This document shows, piece after piece, positions 35,921 through 46,558 of a DNA stretch of 64,000 bases. The number at the start of each line of letters is the position of its first letter. The first letter of the stretch is position 1. Position numbers and translations under genes: made by a program. A model generated the notes under the pieces. The model saw only the letters and a list, made by a program, of their open reading frames with translations, did not search any database and was not told the origin of the DNA. This DNA comes from a candidate division TM6 bacterium GW2011_GWF2_28_16 (GTDB lineage Bacteria; Patescibacteriota; Microgenomatia; UBA1400; PJMF01), in contig CP011212.1 of assembly GCA_001029715.1 (NCBI GenBank), positions 617,715 through 681,714 of the forward strand, given 5' to 3'.

Positions 35921-37168
35921 ATGAAAAACCCAACCTTTATCGTTTTAGCTGGAGGGATTGGTAAAAATTTTGCTCCTTTAGTAACCAATAAAAGTATTTT
36001 TCCTTTCTTTGGTAAACCTTTTATTGCTCATGTTCTAGAAATGATTCAGGTTGCTGGAGCAAAACAGGCCATTGTTGTTTGTAATAGTAGAAACCAAGAA
36101 ACCATTCAAAAGTTATCTAGTAAGAATCTTAGCGTTAAAACCGTCATTCAAGATGAAGCCATTGGTCAAGCAGATGCAATTTTACTTGCCTCTAAATTAA
36201 TTGTCAGCGATCAGCCAATTATTATCATCAATGCCGTTGATTTGATTGAGCCAATGTTCCTAAAAAATTTTCGCAAAAGAGCAGCTGGCAATTATGCTCA
36301 AATCGTCGGTATGAAAGTAAAAGAATACTTTCTAGGTGGCTATCTGAAAGTTGAACAAGATAAAGTAGTCAGTATTGTAGAAAAACCAGTTAAAGGTCAA
36401 GAACCCAGTGATATCGCTAATTTATTCTTTCATTATTTTTCCAAGCCACAAGATCTTTTTGCCCTACTTAGTAAGCAAAATGGAGTAGACGACGCTTACG
36501 AAAGAGCCCTAGACGAGATCATGAAAAATAAAGAAATTAAATTTATGATTTACGAGGATTACTGGCAGAAACTGAAGCAAGCTCACCACGTTTTGGACAT
36601 AGCTCAGTTATTCCTTAAATATAAGCTAAAAAATAAAATCGCTAAAACAGCCCAAATAGATAAAAGTGCCAAAATTATCGGTCCCGTGCAAATTGAAGCT
36701 GGCGTTAAAATTTTAGCTGGTGCAATTATCAAAGGACCAGCCTACATTGGCAACAATGTCATTGTTGGCAATCACTCTCTAATTAGAGATTCAATTGTTG
36801 AATCAGGTAGCGTCATTGGCTTTGGTTCAGAAATTGCTCGTAGCTACATTGGACCAAACTGTAAACTCCACCATAATTTTATTGGTGATAGCGTTCTGGA
36901 AGCAGAAGTTAATCCAAGCTATGGCACCTGCACCGCTAATTTACGTTTTGATCAAGCTAAAGTTAAAATGCGTTTGTCCAATGGAAATGCTGAAGATTTA
37001 TTAATCGAAACCAATAAAGACAAACTCGGTGCCATTATGGCCAAAGGAGTCTTTCTCGGTGTAAATTGTTCAATTCTCCCAGGAATTACCATTGGTACCA
37101 AAGCCAACGCTATGCCTGGATCAGTAATTAAACGAGCCATTAAAAATGGAGAAATGTTCAAAGAATAA
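35921..37168 (+). CDS. Sugar-1-phosphate nucleotidyltransferase with a C-terminal left-handed beta-helix (hexapeptide) domain
   Basis: N-terminal LAGGIGKNFAPL nucleotidyltransferase motif. The C-terminus has repeated [LIV]-G-x-x-x-x hexapeptides (IGNNVIVGNHSLI…). Confidence 0.7.
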   Translation: MKNPTFIVLAGGIGKNFAPLVTNKSIFPFFGKPFIAHVLEMIQVAGAKQAIVVCNSRNQETIQKLSSKNLSVKTVIQDEAIGQADAILLASKLIVSDQPIIIINAVDLIEPMFLKNFRKRAAGNYAQIVGMKVKEYFLGGYLKVEQDKVVSIVEKPVKGQEPSDIANLFFHYFSKPQDLFALLSKQNGVDDAYERALDEIMKNKEIKFMIYEDYWQKLKQAHHVLDIAQLFLKYKLKNKIAKTAQIDKSAKIIGPVQIEAGVKILAGAIIKGPAYIGNNVIVGNHSLIRDSIVESGSVIGFGSEIARSYIGPNCKLHHNFIGDSVLEAEVNPSYGTCTANLRFDQAKVKMRLSNGNAEDLLIETNKDKLGAIMAKGVFLGVNCSILPGITIGTKANAMPGSVIKRAIKNGEMFKE

Positions 37169-37173
37169 AGGTT

Positions 37174-37485
37174 ATGTCAGAAAACTTAGCTAATAATCCA
37201 GAAAATAAACCAACAGTTGGTTCGCCAGAATGGAATATTAATTACATTCTCAATGACTTAAACGATCAAGCTAAAAGTGGAGGTAAAGATCAAGCAAACG
37301 TAGAAAATCGTTTTTCTACAGCTGGTCCATATTGGCCAAAAGAGATTTGGTTTCGCTACTGCGGAAGAGTTAAAGAACAACTAATTAGCAATGGTTATTC
37401 TGAAAAAAAAGCTGACGAGGCAATTGCTAAAGCCACAGAAAAAGCCAAGCTAGTTGAATATAAACTGGTTTCTTCAGATAAATAA
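37174..37485 (+). CDS. Hypothetical protein
   Basis: ORF only. Confidence 0.35.
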   Translation: MSENLANNPENKPTVGSPEWNINYILNDLNDQAKSGGKDQANVENRFSTAGPYWPKEIWFRYCGRVKEQLISNGYSEKKADEAIAKATEKAKLVEYKLVSSDK

Positions 37486-37544
37486 GTTTTATAATTATTT
37501 AATCGCATTGATTTATCTATTATGATCTACTAAGATATATAGAT

Positions 37545-37964
37545 ATGCCTCAGCTAGTTGAGCAATTAGATCACTTGCTAATAAACACAGAATTGTCGTC
37601 ATGTGCTAGCTGTCCTTTTTTGGCTCAGGCAAACGAAACTACTTCCAACAATTATCTGCAACTATCTTGGGTTTTAGCTTTCATGGTTAAACACTTAGCT
37701 ATGAGTTCTGAAGAGCGGCAACAAATTGCGAACACTGCTGACCATATTAAACAAGCTATGATCTATCCTGGAGTAGGCGCTGATAAAGAATTGTTTCTTT
37801 GCGAGCTTACCGATTCAGTACAACGAGCTCAGCAACGAGGTCAAGATCTGATTGCCGCTGGACACAAAATTAACGAAATCAATTTTGTAGAATCTTTTTC
37901 TAGAGGAAAACAAATAAATACTGATTGTCCTAAAAATTACCCTGCAAAACTTAAAAAGGTTTAA
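37545..37964 (+). CDS. Hypothetical protein
   Basis: ORF only. Confidence 0.35.
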   Translation: MPQLVEQLDHLLINTELSSCASCPFLAQANETTSNNYLQLSWVLAFMVKHLAMSSEERQQIANTADHIKQAMIYPGVGADKELFLCELTDSVQRAQQRGQDLIAAGHKINEINFVESFSRGKQINTDCPKNYPAKLKKV

Positions 37965-37971
37965 ACAACTT

Positions 37972-38280
37972 ATGCCAGAAAAATTAGATCAAATACTAAA
38001 TCGTGCCATTATTCAGGCAAATCGTTTAATAATTACTGATGGAAAGTATGAGCACATTGATGGAAGTGAAATGCTTGTTTTATACAATGTTGTGTTTGAC
38101 ACTATGCTGCAATCTATTCCAAAATTTTTACCAGATTGTGAATCAACAAAGAATATAACTGGTGACTACAGCGAGATATCAGACGCCGACATGGAAAAGT
38201 TTATAAAACTAGCCAACAGCGTAGCTATATCTGTTTTATCAGAACATTGTGCCAAAAAAATTGATGGTTTTAAATTTTAA
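37972..38280 (+). CDS. Hypothetical protein
   Basis: ORF only. Confidence 0.35.
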   Translation: MPEKLDQILNRAIIQANRLIITDGKYEHIDGSEMLVLYNVVFDTMLQSIPKFLPDCESTKNITGDYSEISDADMEKFIKLANSVAISVLSEHCAKKIDGFKF

Positions 38281-38282
38281 TT

Positions 38283-38360
38283 TGGGTGGCTGACGAGACT
38301 TGAACCCGCGACCTCCGCTTTCACAGAGCGGCACTCTAAACCAACTGAGCTACAGCCACC
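38283..38360 (-). tRNA. tRNA-His (anticodon GUG) with G-1, encoded CCA
   Basis: Reverse complement GGTGGCTGTAGCTCAGTTGG…CTGTGAA…GGTTCAAGTC…CAGCCACCCA. An extra 5' G pairs with the discriminator C. Confidence 0.8.
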
Positions 38361-38392
38361 GTTTAATGTTAAAGATTTCAATCAAACAAAAG

Positions 38393-38466
38393 TATGCTGG
38401 GTGGGATTCGGACCCACGACCTACTGCTTAGAAGGCAGTTGCTCTATCCAGCTGAGCTACCAGCAC
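38393..38466 (-). tRNA. tRNA-Arg (anticodon UCU)
   Basis: Reverse complement GTGCTGGTAGCTCAGCTGGATAGAGCAACTGCCTTCTAAGCAGT…GGGTCCGAATCCCACCCAGCAT. The anticodon loop is CTTCTAA. Confidence 0.8.
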
Positions 38467-38577
38467 TTTTTATGATAAAACCTCAGGGGAATTATAAGTA
38501 AAATAGGGCAAAAAGTCTATACTTCAGCAAAAGAGCGCTAAAGCAATATTTATTGATATATAATAGGTAGTTCTAAA

Positions 38578-40698
38578 ATGAAATTTAAGCTCCACTCACC
38601 ATACCAAGCCACTGGCGATCAACCTCAAGCAATTGAGGCTTTAGTTGATGGAATAAAGAACAAAGTTGATGACCAAGTTTTACTCGGTGTGACTGGTTCT
38701 GGCAAGACTTTTACCATTGCCAATGTTATTGAAAAAACTCAAAAAGCCACTTTAGTAATTGCTCATAACAAAACTTTGGCTGCTCAACTTTATCAGGAAT
38801 TACGTGATTTCTTTCCAGAAAATGCGGTTTCTTACTTCGTTTCTTATTACGATTATTACCAACCAGAGGCTTATCTACCTAGCAGTGACACCTATATTGA
38901 AAAAGAAGCCACCATTAACGAAGAAATCGACAAGTTGCGCCTCGCTGCCACTACTTATCTGATGACTAGACCAGACGTCATTATCGTTGCTTCTGTCTCC
39001 TGTATTTATGGTCTTGGATCCCCAGCTGACTACAGTAATTTTGTTTTAGAAATCGTTGAAGGCGAATTGATTGATCGCCAAACTTTACTTTTACAACTTA
39101 GCAATCTCCAGTATGAACGTAGCAACACTGATTTACTCAGAGGTAGCTATCGTTTGCGTGGCGATGTTATTCAACTTTGGCCAGCCTATCAAGATACTGC
39201 CATCAGAATTGAAACTCTTGGTAATGAGATCATTAGTATTAAAGATATTGATCCTATTTCTGGCGCAATTGTCGAAAAAGAGGCTAATCCATTTTATAAA
39301 AACAAAATGGCTATCATCTATCCAGCCAAACACTATATGGTGGAAAGCAAAGGTCAAAAAGAAACTATCGCTCAAATTCGCAAAGACATGGAGGCTAGAG
39401 TAGAAGAGCTCAAACAAGAAGGTAAAAGCATCGAAGCTTATCGCCTCGAACACAAAGTTAATTATGATCTAGAAATGATTGAAGAATTTGGTTCCGTCAA
39501 TGGCATCGAAAACTATTCACGCTATTTCGATGGTCGCCAAACTGGCGAAGCCCCTTACACTTTACTTGATTACTTCAAATATAACCAAGAAAAATTTGGC
39601 CAAGATTCATTTTTGACCGTCATCGACGAAAGCCACATTAGTCTGCCTCAAATCAAAGGCATGTATTTTGGCGATCGCTCCCGCAAAGAGACTTTAATTA
39701 ATTATGGTTTCCGTTTACCCAGTGCCATCGATAATCGTCCGCTACAACTCAATGAATTTTTACAAAGAAAACAACAGGCTATTTACGTTTCCGCCACTCC
39801 TAATGAATGGGAGCTACAAAGAAGTAAAAACAGAGTCGTTGAGCAATTAGTTCGTCCAACTGGTCTTCTTGATCCAAAAATAGATATTCGTCCAACCGGC
39901 AATCAAGTTGAAGATTTGACTCTAGAAATTATTAAAAGAAAAAAACTTGGTCAGCGTGTTTTAGTCACCACCTTGACCAAAAAAATGGCAGAAGCTCTCA
40001 GTGATTATCTCAACGATCATGAAAAAATTAGCAAATTAGTCAAAAAAAATCTTGGCTATGATGGCCAAGAAATTGATTATCCAGAAGTAGCTTACCTGCA
40101 TTCTGATGTCAAAACTCTCGATCGCAGCGACATCTTAGACGATTTGCGTAATGGTAAATATGACGTTTTAGTTGGCATCAACTTATTGCGTGAAGGTCTA
40201 GACCTTCCAGAAGTTAGTTTGGTCGCAATTCTCGATGCCGACAAAGAAGGTTTTTTGCGTTCTAGCACTGCTCTCATCCAAACTATGGGTAGGGCGGCGC
40301 GCCACGTCGAAGGCTTAGCCATTCTTTACGCCGACAAGATTACTAAATCAATGGATTTTGCCATCAAAGAAACTACGCGCCGCCGAGAAGTGCAAGAAAA
40401 ATATAACTTAAACAATAAAATTACTCCAATTGGCATCAGTAAGCCAGTTAGAGAGAAATTAATGCAAAGAAAAAGCAAGGAAGAAACTTCCGAAGAAAAT
40501 AAGAAAAGTATTTTGCTAAAAATTTCTAGTAAAGAAAAAATAAATCTTTCAGCCATTAATTCAGAAGAGCTAACTCCTGGAGAAAGACAAGGTTTAGTTA
40601 AAAAATTGCGCACCCAAATGAAGAGGGCAGCTAGTGATCAAGATTTTGAACTAGCAGCCATTATCAGAGATAAAATTAGCGAAGTTGAGTCTTCTTAA
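38578..40698 (+). CDS. uvrB: Excinuclease ABC subunit B
   Basis: UvrB N-terminus, Walker A GVTGSGKTFT, helicase motifs and a C-terminal UVR domain (…RDKISEVESS). Confidence 0.95.
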   Translation: MKFKLHSPYQATGDQPQAIEALVDGIKNKVDDQVLLGVTGSGKTFTIANVIEKTQKATLVIAHNKTLAAQLYQELRDFFPENAVSYFVSYYDYYQPEAYLPSSDTYIEKEATINEEIDKLRLAATTYLMTRPDVIIVASVSCIYGLGSPADYSNFVLEIVEGELIDRQTLLLQLSNLQYERSNTDLLRGSYRLRGDVIQLWPAYQDTAIRIETLGNEIISIKDIDPISGAIVEKEANPFYKNKMAIIYPAKHYMVESKGQKETIAQIRKDMEARVEELKQEGKSIEAYRLEHKVNYDLEMIEEFGSVNGIENYSRYFDGRQTGEAPYTLLDYFKYNQEKFGQDSFLTVIDESHISLPQIKGMYFGDRSRKETLINYGFRLPSAIDNRPLQLNEFLQRKQQAIYVSATPNEWELQRSKNRVVEQLVRPTGLLDPKIDIRPTGNQVEDLTLEIIKRKKLGQRVLVTTLTKKMAEALSDYLNDHEKISKLVKKNLGYDGQEIDYPEVAYLHSDVKTLDRSDILDDLRNGKYDVLVGINLLREGLDLPEVSLVAILDADKEGFLRSSTALIQTMGRAARHVEGLAILYADKITKSMDFAIKETTRRREVQEKYNLNNKITPIGISKPVREKLMQRKSKEETSEENKKSILLKISSKEKINLSAINSEELTPGERQGLVKKLRTQMKRAASDQDFELAAIIRDKISEVESS

Positions 40699-40755
40699 AT
40701 ATTAACTCCATAGCTCTTGCCCATCTATCAGATTTAGTGATTAAATAGATAGAGC

Positions 40756-41520
40756 ATGAAGAAATTGCGTAAACAAGCTAAATTCAAAAGCAGAAATAGA
40801 AATAAATTCTTAGCTGGGATAGCTATGGTCATACTTCTATTCCTTGGGTTTGTTAGTTCCATTATTTTAATTAATCAGAGGCACGATGATCGCAGTCAAG
40901 CTTCTTTTACTGGTGGAGCATTAATTAATTTCAAAAAAGTTGGACCATTTCCAAAGAACACTCTCGTTTCTGTGCCAGTTTATTTAGACACTCAAAACAT
41001 AGACCTTAATCTCTTAAATCTTAAAATCAATATCGTAGGTGAAGTTGAAAGCCTAGGAATAAAAATTAATTCAAAGTTACCAATTAAAAAGGTAGATGAA
41101 AAGATTGAAGACAAAAGCGTTTTTATCTCTCTCACTGAGCTAGAACCAGATCAAGGTTGGAATACAAACCAAGATACAGAACTTTTAAAACTAAATTTCA
41201 TTTATGATGGAGATGGAGAAATTGGATTGAGTTTTGATCAAAAAGAAACTATAGCTAAATCAGCTGCTAGCGATGAAAACATCATTACTCTCGGTGAAAA
41301 TACTAATATTAGAATTGGCAACATAACTCCAGCAGAAGTAGCTCCAGTTCAAACAGAAGTAATTTCAAAAACAACTGATAAAAAAAATAACGATATAAAT
41401 AACAACCTATTAATTGGCATAATTACTAGCTCATTTTTAGCCTTCTTTATGACCACGCTCTATATTTCAAGAAATCAAAAAAGAGAAAAACAGAGTCAAA
41501 CAATGAGAGTTGCTGCTTAA
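40756..41520 (+). CDS. Hypothetical bitopic surface protein (N-terminal and C-terminal TM helices)
   Basis: KR-rich N-terminus followed by a TM helix, and a C-terminal TM helix followed by RNQKREKQ. Confidence 0.4.
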   Translation: MKKLRKQAKFKSRNRNKFLAGIAMVILLFLGFVSSIILINQRHDDRSQASFTGGALINFKKVGPFPKNTLVSVPVYLDTQNIDLNLLNLKINIVGEVESLGIKINSKLPIKKVDEKIEDKSVFISLTELEPDQGWNTNQDTELLKLNFIYDGDGEIGLSFDQKETIAKSAASDENIITLGENTNIRIGNITPAEVAPVQTEVISKTTDKKNNDINNNLLIGIITSSFLAFFMTTLYISRNQKREKQSQTMRVAA

Positions 41521-41559
41521 CTAGAAATTTACCTATTTTTCCGCTATAATACCCGCCCT

Positions 41560-44514
41560 ATGGCTTTGAGAAATACTATTAAGATTACCGGAGCTCGTGA
41601 GCATAATCTCAAAAATATTAACTTGGAATTTGAAAAAAATCAGTTAATTGTTTTTACTGGTCTTTCAGGTAGTGGTAAAAGCTCTTTGGCTTTTGATACC
41701 CTGTACGCTGAAGGTCAACGTCGTTACGTTGAATCACTCAGCTCTTATGCTCGTCAATTTTTGGGCGTAATGAATAAGCCAGATGTTGACCAAATTGATG
41801 GTTTGTCTCCAGCAATTTCAATTGACCAAAAAACCACCTCTCACAATCCTCGCTCAACCGTTGGTACCATTACTGAAATTTATGATTATTGTCGTTTACT
41901 TTTTGCTAGAGTAGGGCATCCTCATTGCCATAACTGTGGTAAAGAAATTAGCACTCAGAGTATTGATCAAATCATTACTCAAATTTTTAATCAGATTGAA
42001 GAAAAATTTGCGAAAGCAAAAAACACTCCGCAAAAAATTATGATTTTGTCGCCAGTCATTAAAGAGAGAAAAGGCGAATTTGATAAGTTGCTCCAAAACC
42101 TAATTAAAAAAGGCTATAACAAGGCTAGAATTGATGGGCAAATTTATAACTTAGATCAAGAATTAAACCTTATTAAAACTAATAAACACAGCATTGATGC
42201 CTTGATTGATCGCTTGGTAATCAGTAAGGTTCAGTTAAATGACAAAAAAGAATCAACTATCTTAAAAAGTAGACTCAATCAATCAATTGAAGAAGCTCTT
42301 AAACTTGCTGGAGGCTTAGTTATTGTTAGCTGGGTTAACGATTCTAGCTTTACTTTTCCAGAGAATCCTCAGGATACTAAAGATTTTCTTTTTAGTGAAA
42401 ATCTCGCTTGTAGTGATTGTGGTATTTCTCTTAAAGAGCTGGAGCCACGTTCTTTCTCTTTTAATTCGCCTGAAGGAGCCTGTCCGAAATGTAATGGTCT
42501 AGGCTCGATTTTAAAAATTAATCCTGACAGAATTATTGCTCCAAGTTTAACCATGAGCGAAGGGGCAGTTATTCCTTTTGCGCGCATGATGGGCAACGAA
42601 GGTTGGTTTGCTCGTTTAGTCAGAATTGTTTTGGAAGATTTTTCTGCCGATTTTCGTATGACTAAATGGGAAGATATGTCCAAAGAATTGCAAGATATTT
42701 TGCTTTACGGTAGCGAGAAAATTTATGATGTGGTTGGCGAGAACCGTTTCGGCAATATGACTAGTTATCAAAGTAAATTTGAAGGTTTTATTAAAAATCT
42801 CGAACGTCGCTACACTGAAACTGATAGTGAATTTATTCGTCGAGAAATTAATCAGTTTATGCATAAGGAAGTTTGCCCAGATTGTAAGGGTGCTCGTCTC
42901 AAAGAAGAAGTGCTTTCTGTCACCATTGATGAAATCAATATTTCTCAATTTAGCCAACTAACTATTGATCGCAGTTTGAAATGGATTGAAAAAGTCAGTA
43001 ATCCAAAAGAAAAAATCCTATCCGCTAAAGAACTACAGATTGCCACTTCGATTCTCAAAGAGATTAAAACTCGTTTGCACTTTCTTTCTGCTGTTGGTTT
43101 AAACTATCTAACTATTTCTAGAGAAGCAGCTAGCTTGGCTGGTGGTGAGGCTCAAAGAATTAGACTAGCTTCACAGATTGGCACAGGCCTCACAGGCGTT
43201 CTCTATATTCTTGATGAACCAACTATTGGCCTTCATCAAAGAGATAATCGCCGTTTAATCGAAACTCTCCAAGAATTAAAAAATAAAGGCAATACTATTG
43301 TCGTCGTTGAGCATGATCGCGACATCATGATGGCGGCTGATCACATTATTGATTTTGGACCTAAGGCTGGCAGTGAGGGTGGAGAAATAGTTTTTGATGG
43401 TAGCTATGAAGAAATTTTGAAAGCCAAAGATTCTCTCACTGGCAAATATTTATCTAGAAAAAAAGAAATTAAAAGAGAAAAAACTGCTAATAAAAAAGAT
43501 GTTCATAAAAAGGCTAAAATTGCTATTCATGGTGCAAAATATAATAACCTAAAAAACATCGACGTAGAGATACCACTCAATGCTCTTACCTGTATCACTG
43601 GTATTTCTGGTTCTGGCAAATCTACCTTATTGCATAATGTCTTACATAATCATTTAGCAAAAAATCTTGGCTATACTTATTCTGGAAAATTAGCGGAAGT
43701 AGAAAAAATTTCTATTCCACCACAAGTTAAAAGACTAAGCATGATTGACCAAAGTCCAATTGGTAAAACTCCAAGATCTAATCCGGCCACCTACACCAAA
43801 GCTTTCGATTATATTCGCCAGATTTTTGCTCGCACTAAAGATGCGGCCATGCGTGGCTATAAAATAGGTCGCTTTAGTTTTAACGTTAAGGGCGGCCGCT
43901 GTGAAGCTTGCCAGGGTGAGGGCCAAATCAAAATTGAAATGCAGTTTTTACCAGATGTTTATGTAGAGTGTGATGTCTGCCATGGTCAACGTTACAACGA
44001 AGAAACTCTGCAAGTTTTATATCAAGATAAAAACATTGCTCAAGTCTTAGATCTCAGCATTGATGAAGCTTTTGATTTTTTCAAAAATCACAGCAACATC
44101 CGTCAGCGCATGCAAACTCTTAAAGAAGTTGGCTTGGGTTATTTGAAACTGGGTCAACCAGCTCCAACCTTAAGTGGTGGTGAAGCACAAAGAGTTAAAT
44201 TAGCCAAAGAGTTAAGTACTAGGTCTCATGATCATTTAATTTATCTTTTAGATGAACCAACTACTGGACTCCATTTTGCTGATATTCAAAAACTACTCAA
44301 CGTCTTACATCAATTAGTTGAACAAGATAACACTGTGATTTTAATTGAACATAACTTAGACGTCATTAAAAATGCTGACTGGCTAATCGATCTCGGACCA
44401 GAGGGTGGAGAATACGGTGGCGAAGTGGTTGCTTTTGGCACTCCAGCTGAAGTGGCAGAAAACGAGAAATCCTTTACCGGTCATTATTTGAAAGAAGAAT
44501 TAAGCAGAAATTAA
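41560..44514 (+). CDS. uvrA: Excinuclease ABC subunit A
   Basis: Two ABC ATPase modules (GLSGSGKSSLAF, GISGSGKSTLL). Zinc-finger cysteines and LSGGEAQR signatures are present. Confidence 0.95.
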   Translation: MALRNTIKITGAREHNLKNINLEFEKNQLIVFTGLSGSGKSSLAFDTLYAEGQRRYVESLSSYARQFLGVMNKPDVDQIDGLSPAISIDQKTTSHNPRSTVGTITEIYDYCRLLFARVGHPHCHNCGKEISTQSIDQIITQIFNQIEEKFAKAKNTPQKIMILSPVIKERKGEFDKLLQNLIKKGYNKARIDGQIYNLDQELNLIKTNKHSIDALIDRLVISKVQLNDKKESTILKSRLNQSIEEALKLAGGLVIVSWVNDSSFTFPENPQDTKDFLFSENLACSDCGISLKELEPRSFSFNSPEGACPKCNGLGSILKINPDRIIAPSLTMSEGAVIPFARMMGNEGWFARLVRIVLEDFSADFRMTKWEDMSKELQDILLYGSEKIYDVVGENRFGNMTSYQSKFEGFIKNLERRYTETDSEFIRREINQFMHKEVCPDCKGARLKEEVLSVTIDEINISQFSQLTIDRSLKWIEKVSNPKEKILSAKELQIATSILKEIKTRLHFLSAVGLNYLTISREAASLAGGEAQRIRLASQIGTGLTGVLYILDEPTIGLHQRDNRRLIETLQELKNKGNTIVVVEHDRDIMMAADHIIDFGPKAGSEGGEIVFDGSYEEILKAKDSLTGKYLSRKKEIKREKTANKKDVHKKAKIAIHGAKYNNLKNIDVEIPLNALTCITGISGSGKSTLLHNVLHNHLAKNLGYTYSGKLAEVEKISIPPQVKRLSMIDQSPIGKTPRSNPATYTKAFDYIRQIFARTKDAAMRGYKIGRFSFNVKGGRCEACQGEGQIKIEMQFLPDVYVECDVCHGQRYNEETLQVLYQDKNIAQVLDLSIDEAFDFFKNHSNIRQRMQTLKEVGLGYLKLGQPAPTLSGGEAQRVKLAKELSTRSHDHLIYLLDEPTTGLHFADIQKLLNVLHQLVEQDNTVILIEHNLDVIKNADWLIDLGPEGGEYGGEVVAFGTPAEVAENEKSFTGHYLKEELSRN

Positions 44515-44527
44515 TGTAAAATAAAGT

Positions 44528-46558
44528 TTGATGCTTATTCGTTTTATCAAGAAGATTATCTTTTCTTTTTTCCTTATTGTTGTTTTTTCAACTCAAATTG
44601 CTTCTGCCCAAACGAGTGAAGCCCTTGATGAAATTCCTGCTGATGGTTCTGAAAATTTCACCATTACTCTACACAGCACTTACACCGTTACCGCCACTGG
44701 TAAAACCATTGTTGAGCAAAAATTTCAGATCAAAAATAAAAACCCAGAATTATTCGTCAGTAAATATGGGATCGTCGTTAGCTCCACAAATTTAAACAAT
44801 GTTAAAGTCAGCCACAATGGTAAAGAGCTAGAACCTTTGACTACTAGTCAAAAAGGTCAAACCAGCATTGGGGTAACTTTTGAAGATAAAGTTGTCGGCG
44901 AAGGCAAAAACAACGAGCTGGTGATTAGCTACACCGATCAAGATATTGCTCTAATTAGTGGCAAAATTTTGGAAGTTAATATTCCCAAGCTTTCTGACCA
45001 TTATCAGTATCAGAGCTATCAATTAGAGCTACGCGTGCCAAGCATTTTTGATACTCCTAGTCGCATTAGCCCAAGTACTTTTACTCTTAAACAAGATGGC
45101 GACTATAATGTTATTAGCTATAGCGATCTTAAAGATCAGTCTGTTTCAGCAATCTTTGGCAACAAGCAAATTTTTGATTTAAAATTAAATTATTATTTAG
45201 ACAACCCAAGTAGTCAAAATGCCCTAACTCAGATCACTCTTCCCCCAGAAACTCCCTACCAAAAAGTTTATTATCTAAATCTTGATCCTATGCCTAATAA
45301 TATAAAAGAGGATCAAGATGGCAATTTCATTGCTACCTATGAAATTCCTGCTAATAATTCTTTTAATGTTGAGCTTTTTGCCCAAATTACATTAACTCTT
45401 CGTGAAAATCCACTCATTCCTTTTAGTCCTGTTTTGCCTGCTCATCTCACTGAACAAAAATTTTGGGAAATAAATAGCCAAGAAATAATCAGTGCTACTC
45501 AAAATCTTGATGGTGTTAAAAGTATTTATGACTTCACTGTCGAAAAGCTAAATTACACCTCAAAAAATCTTGACCAAAATTTTGAAAGACTGGGTGCAGT
45601 GACCGCACTCAATAAGGCAAATGAAAATGATGCCACCTGTCAAGAGTTTACCGATTTATTTATTACTTTGGCCAGACAGGAAGGTATTCCTGCACGCAGG
45701 GTGGTTGGCATTGCTTATTCAAATAATGAAGAGTTGCGCCCTAGCAATTTAGCTAGCGATATTTTGCACACCTGGCCAGAATATTATAATCAAGAACAAA
45801 AAGCTTGGTTAAGGTCAGATCCTACCTGGGAAGATACTACTGGTGGCATAGATTACTTTAATAATTTCGATCTTAATCACATCGCCCTAGCAATTAATGG
45901 CTCATCTAGTACTTTGCCTTACCCTGCAGGTTCATATTTGGGGAATAATGATGAAAAAAACAAAAAAATATATTTAGATTTTTCTAAAGAAGAGCTAGCC
46001 GAAATTAATCCTGATTTAGAAATAAACTTACTTAATAAAAAAGTCTCTGGTCTTAATATTCCAGGGAATTACGACATACAAATATTTAATAAAACTGGCA
46101 AAGTTTGGTATTTCTCAGATGTAAAAATTAGTGGCAATGATTTGGAAATTGTCATCAATCAAGATCATGAAGTGCAAAAAATTCTGCCTTTTTCCAAAAT
46201 AGTTTTGCCAATCACAGTTTATAATAAGGATAATAACATTACTCAAAAGTATAAAATCGAGGTAGTGGTCATTTTAAAAGAAGGCCAATTCGCTAAAAAT
46301 GAATTCGAAGTCAAAGCAAGTCCTCAACTCAAAATTGAAGATCCCAAAAAAATCATTTTCTTGGGAGCTGGATTTATTATCTCTACCCTCATCACCGGGA
46401 GTTTATTCTTTCTTGGACGCAGATGGGCAAATTCTTTACGTAGGAAAGGCCAAAAACTTGAAGAAGAGGGTCACAAGCTACAAGAGATCTCAACTGCTCT
46501 CAAAGAAAATCAAGAAAATGACGGAGTTAGCAAGGAGAGTGGAACACCAAGTTCTTGA
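44528..46558 (+). CDS. Secreted/surface protein with a transglutaminase-like (papain-fold) core and a C-terminal TM anchor
   Basis: Signal peptide. The motif …TCQEFTDLFITLARQEGIPARRVVG… matches the G/TCxxFA…R..GIPAR.V.G Cys motif. A downstream HTWPEYY supplies His and D-containing blocks follow. The C-terminal TM helix IIFLGAGFIISTLITGSLFFLG is followed by RRW. Confidence 0.6.
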   Translation: MMLIRFIKKIIFSFFLIVVFSTQIASAQTSEALDEIPADGSENFTITLHSTYTVTATGKTIVEQKFQIKNKNPELFVSKYGIVVSSTNLNNVKVSHNGKELEPLTTSQKGQTSIGVTFEDKVVGEGKNNELVISYTDQDIALISGKILEVNIPKLSDHYQYQSYQLELRVPSIFDTPSRISPSTFTLKQDGDYNVISYSDLKDQSVSAIFGNKQIFDLKLNYYLDNPSSQNALTQITLPPETPYQKVYYLNLDPMPNNIKEDQDGNFIATYEIPANNSFNVELFAQITLTLRENPLIPFSPVLPAHLTEQKFWEINSQEIISATQNLDGVKSIYDFTVEKLNYTSKNLDQNFERLGAVTALNKANENDATCQEFTDLFITLARQEGIPARRVVGIAYSNNEELRPSNLASDILHTWPEYYNQEQKAWLRSDPTWEDTTGGIDYFNNFDLNHIALAINGSSSTLPYPAGSYLGNNDEKNKKIYLDFSKEELAEINPDLEINLLNKKVSGLNIPGNYDIQIFNKTGKVWYFSDVKISGNDLEIVINQDHEVQKILPFSKIVLPITVYNKDNNITQKYKIEVVVILKEGQFAKNEFEVKASPQLKIEDPKKIIFLGAGFIISTLITGSLFFLGRRWANSLRRKGQKLEEEGHKLQEISTALKENQENDGVSKESGTPSS

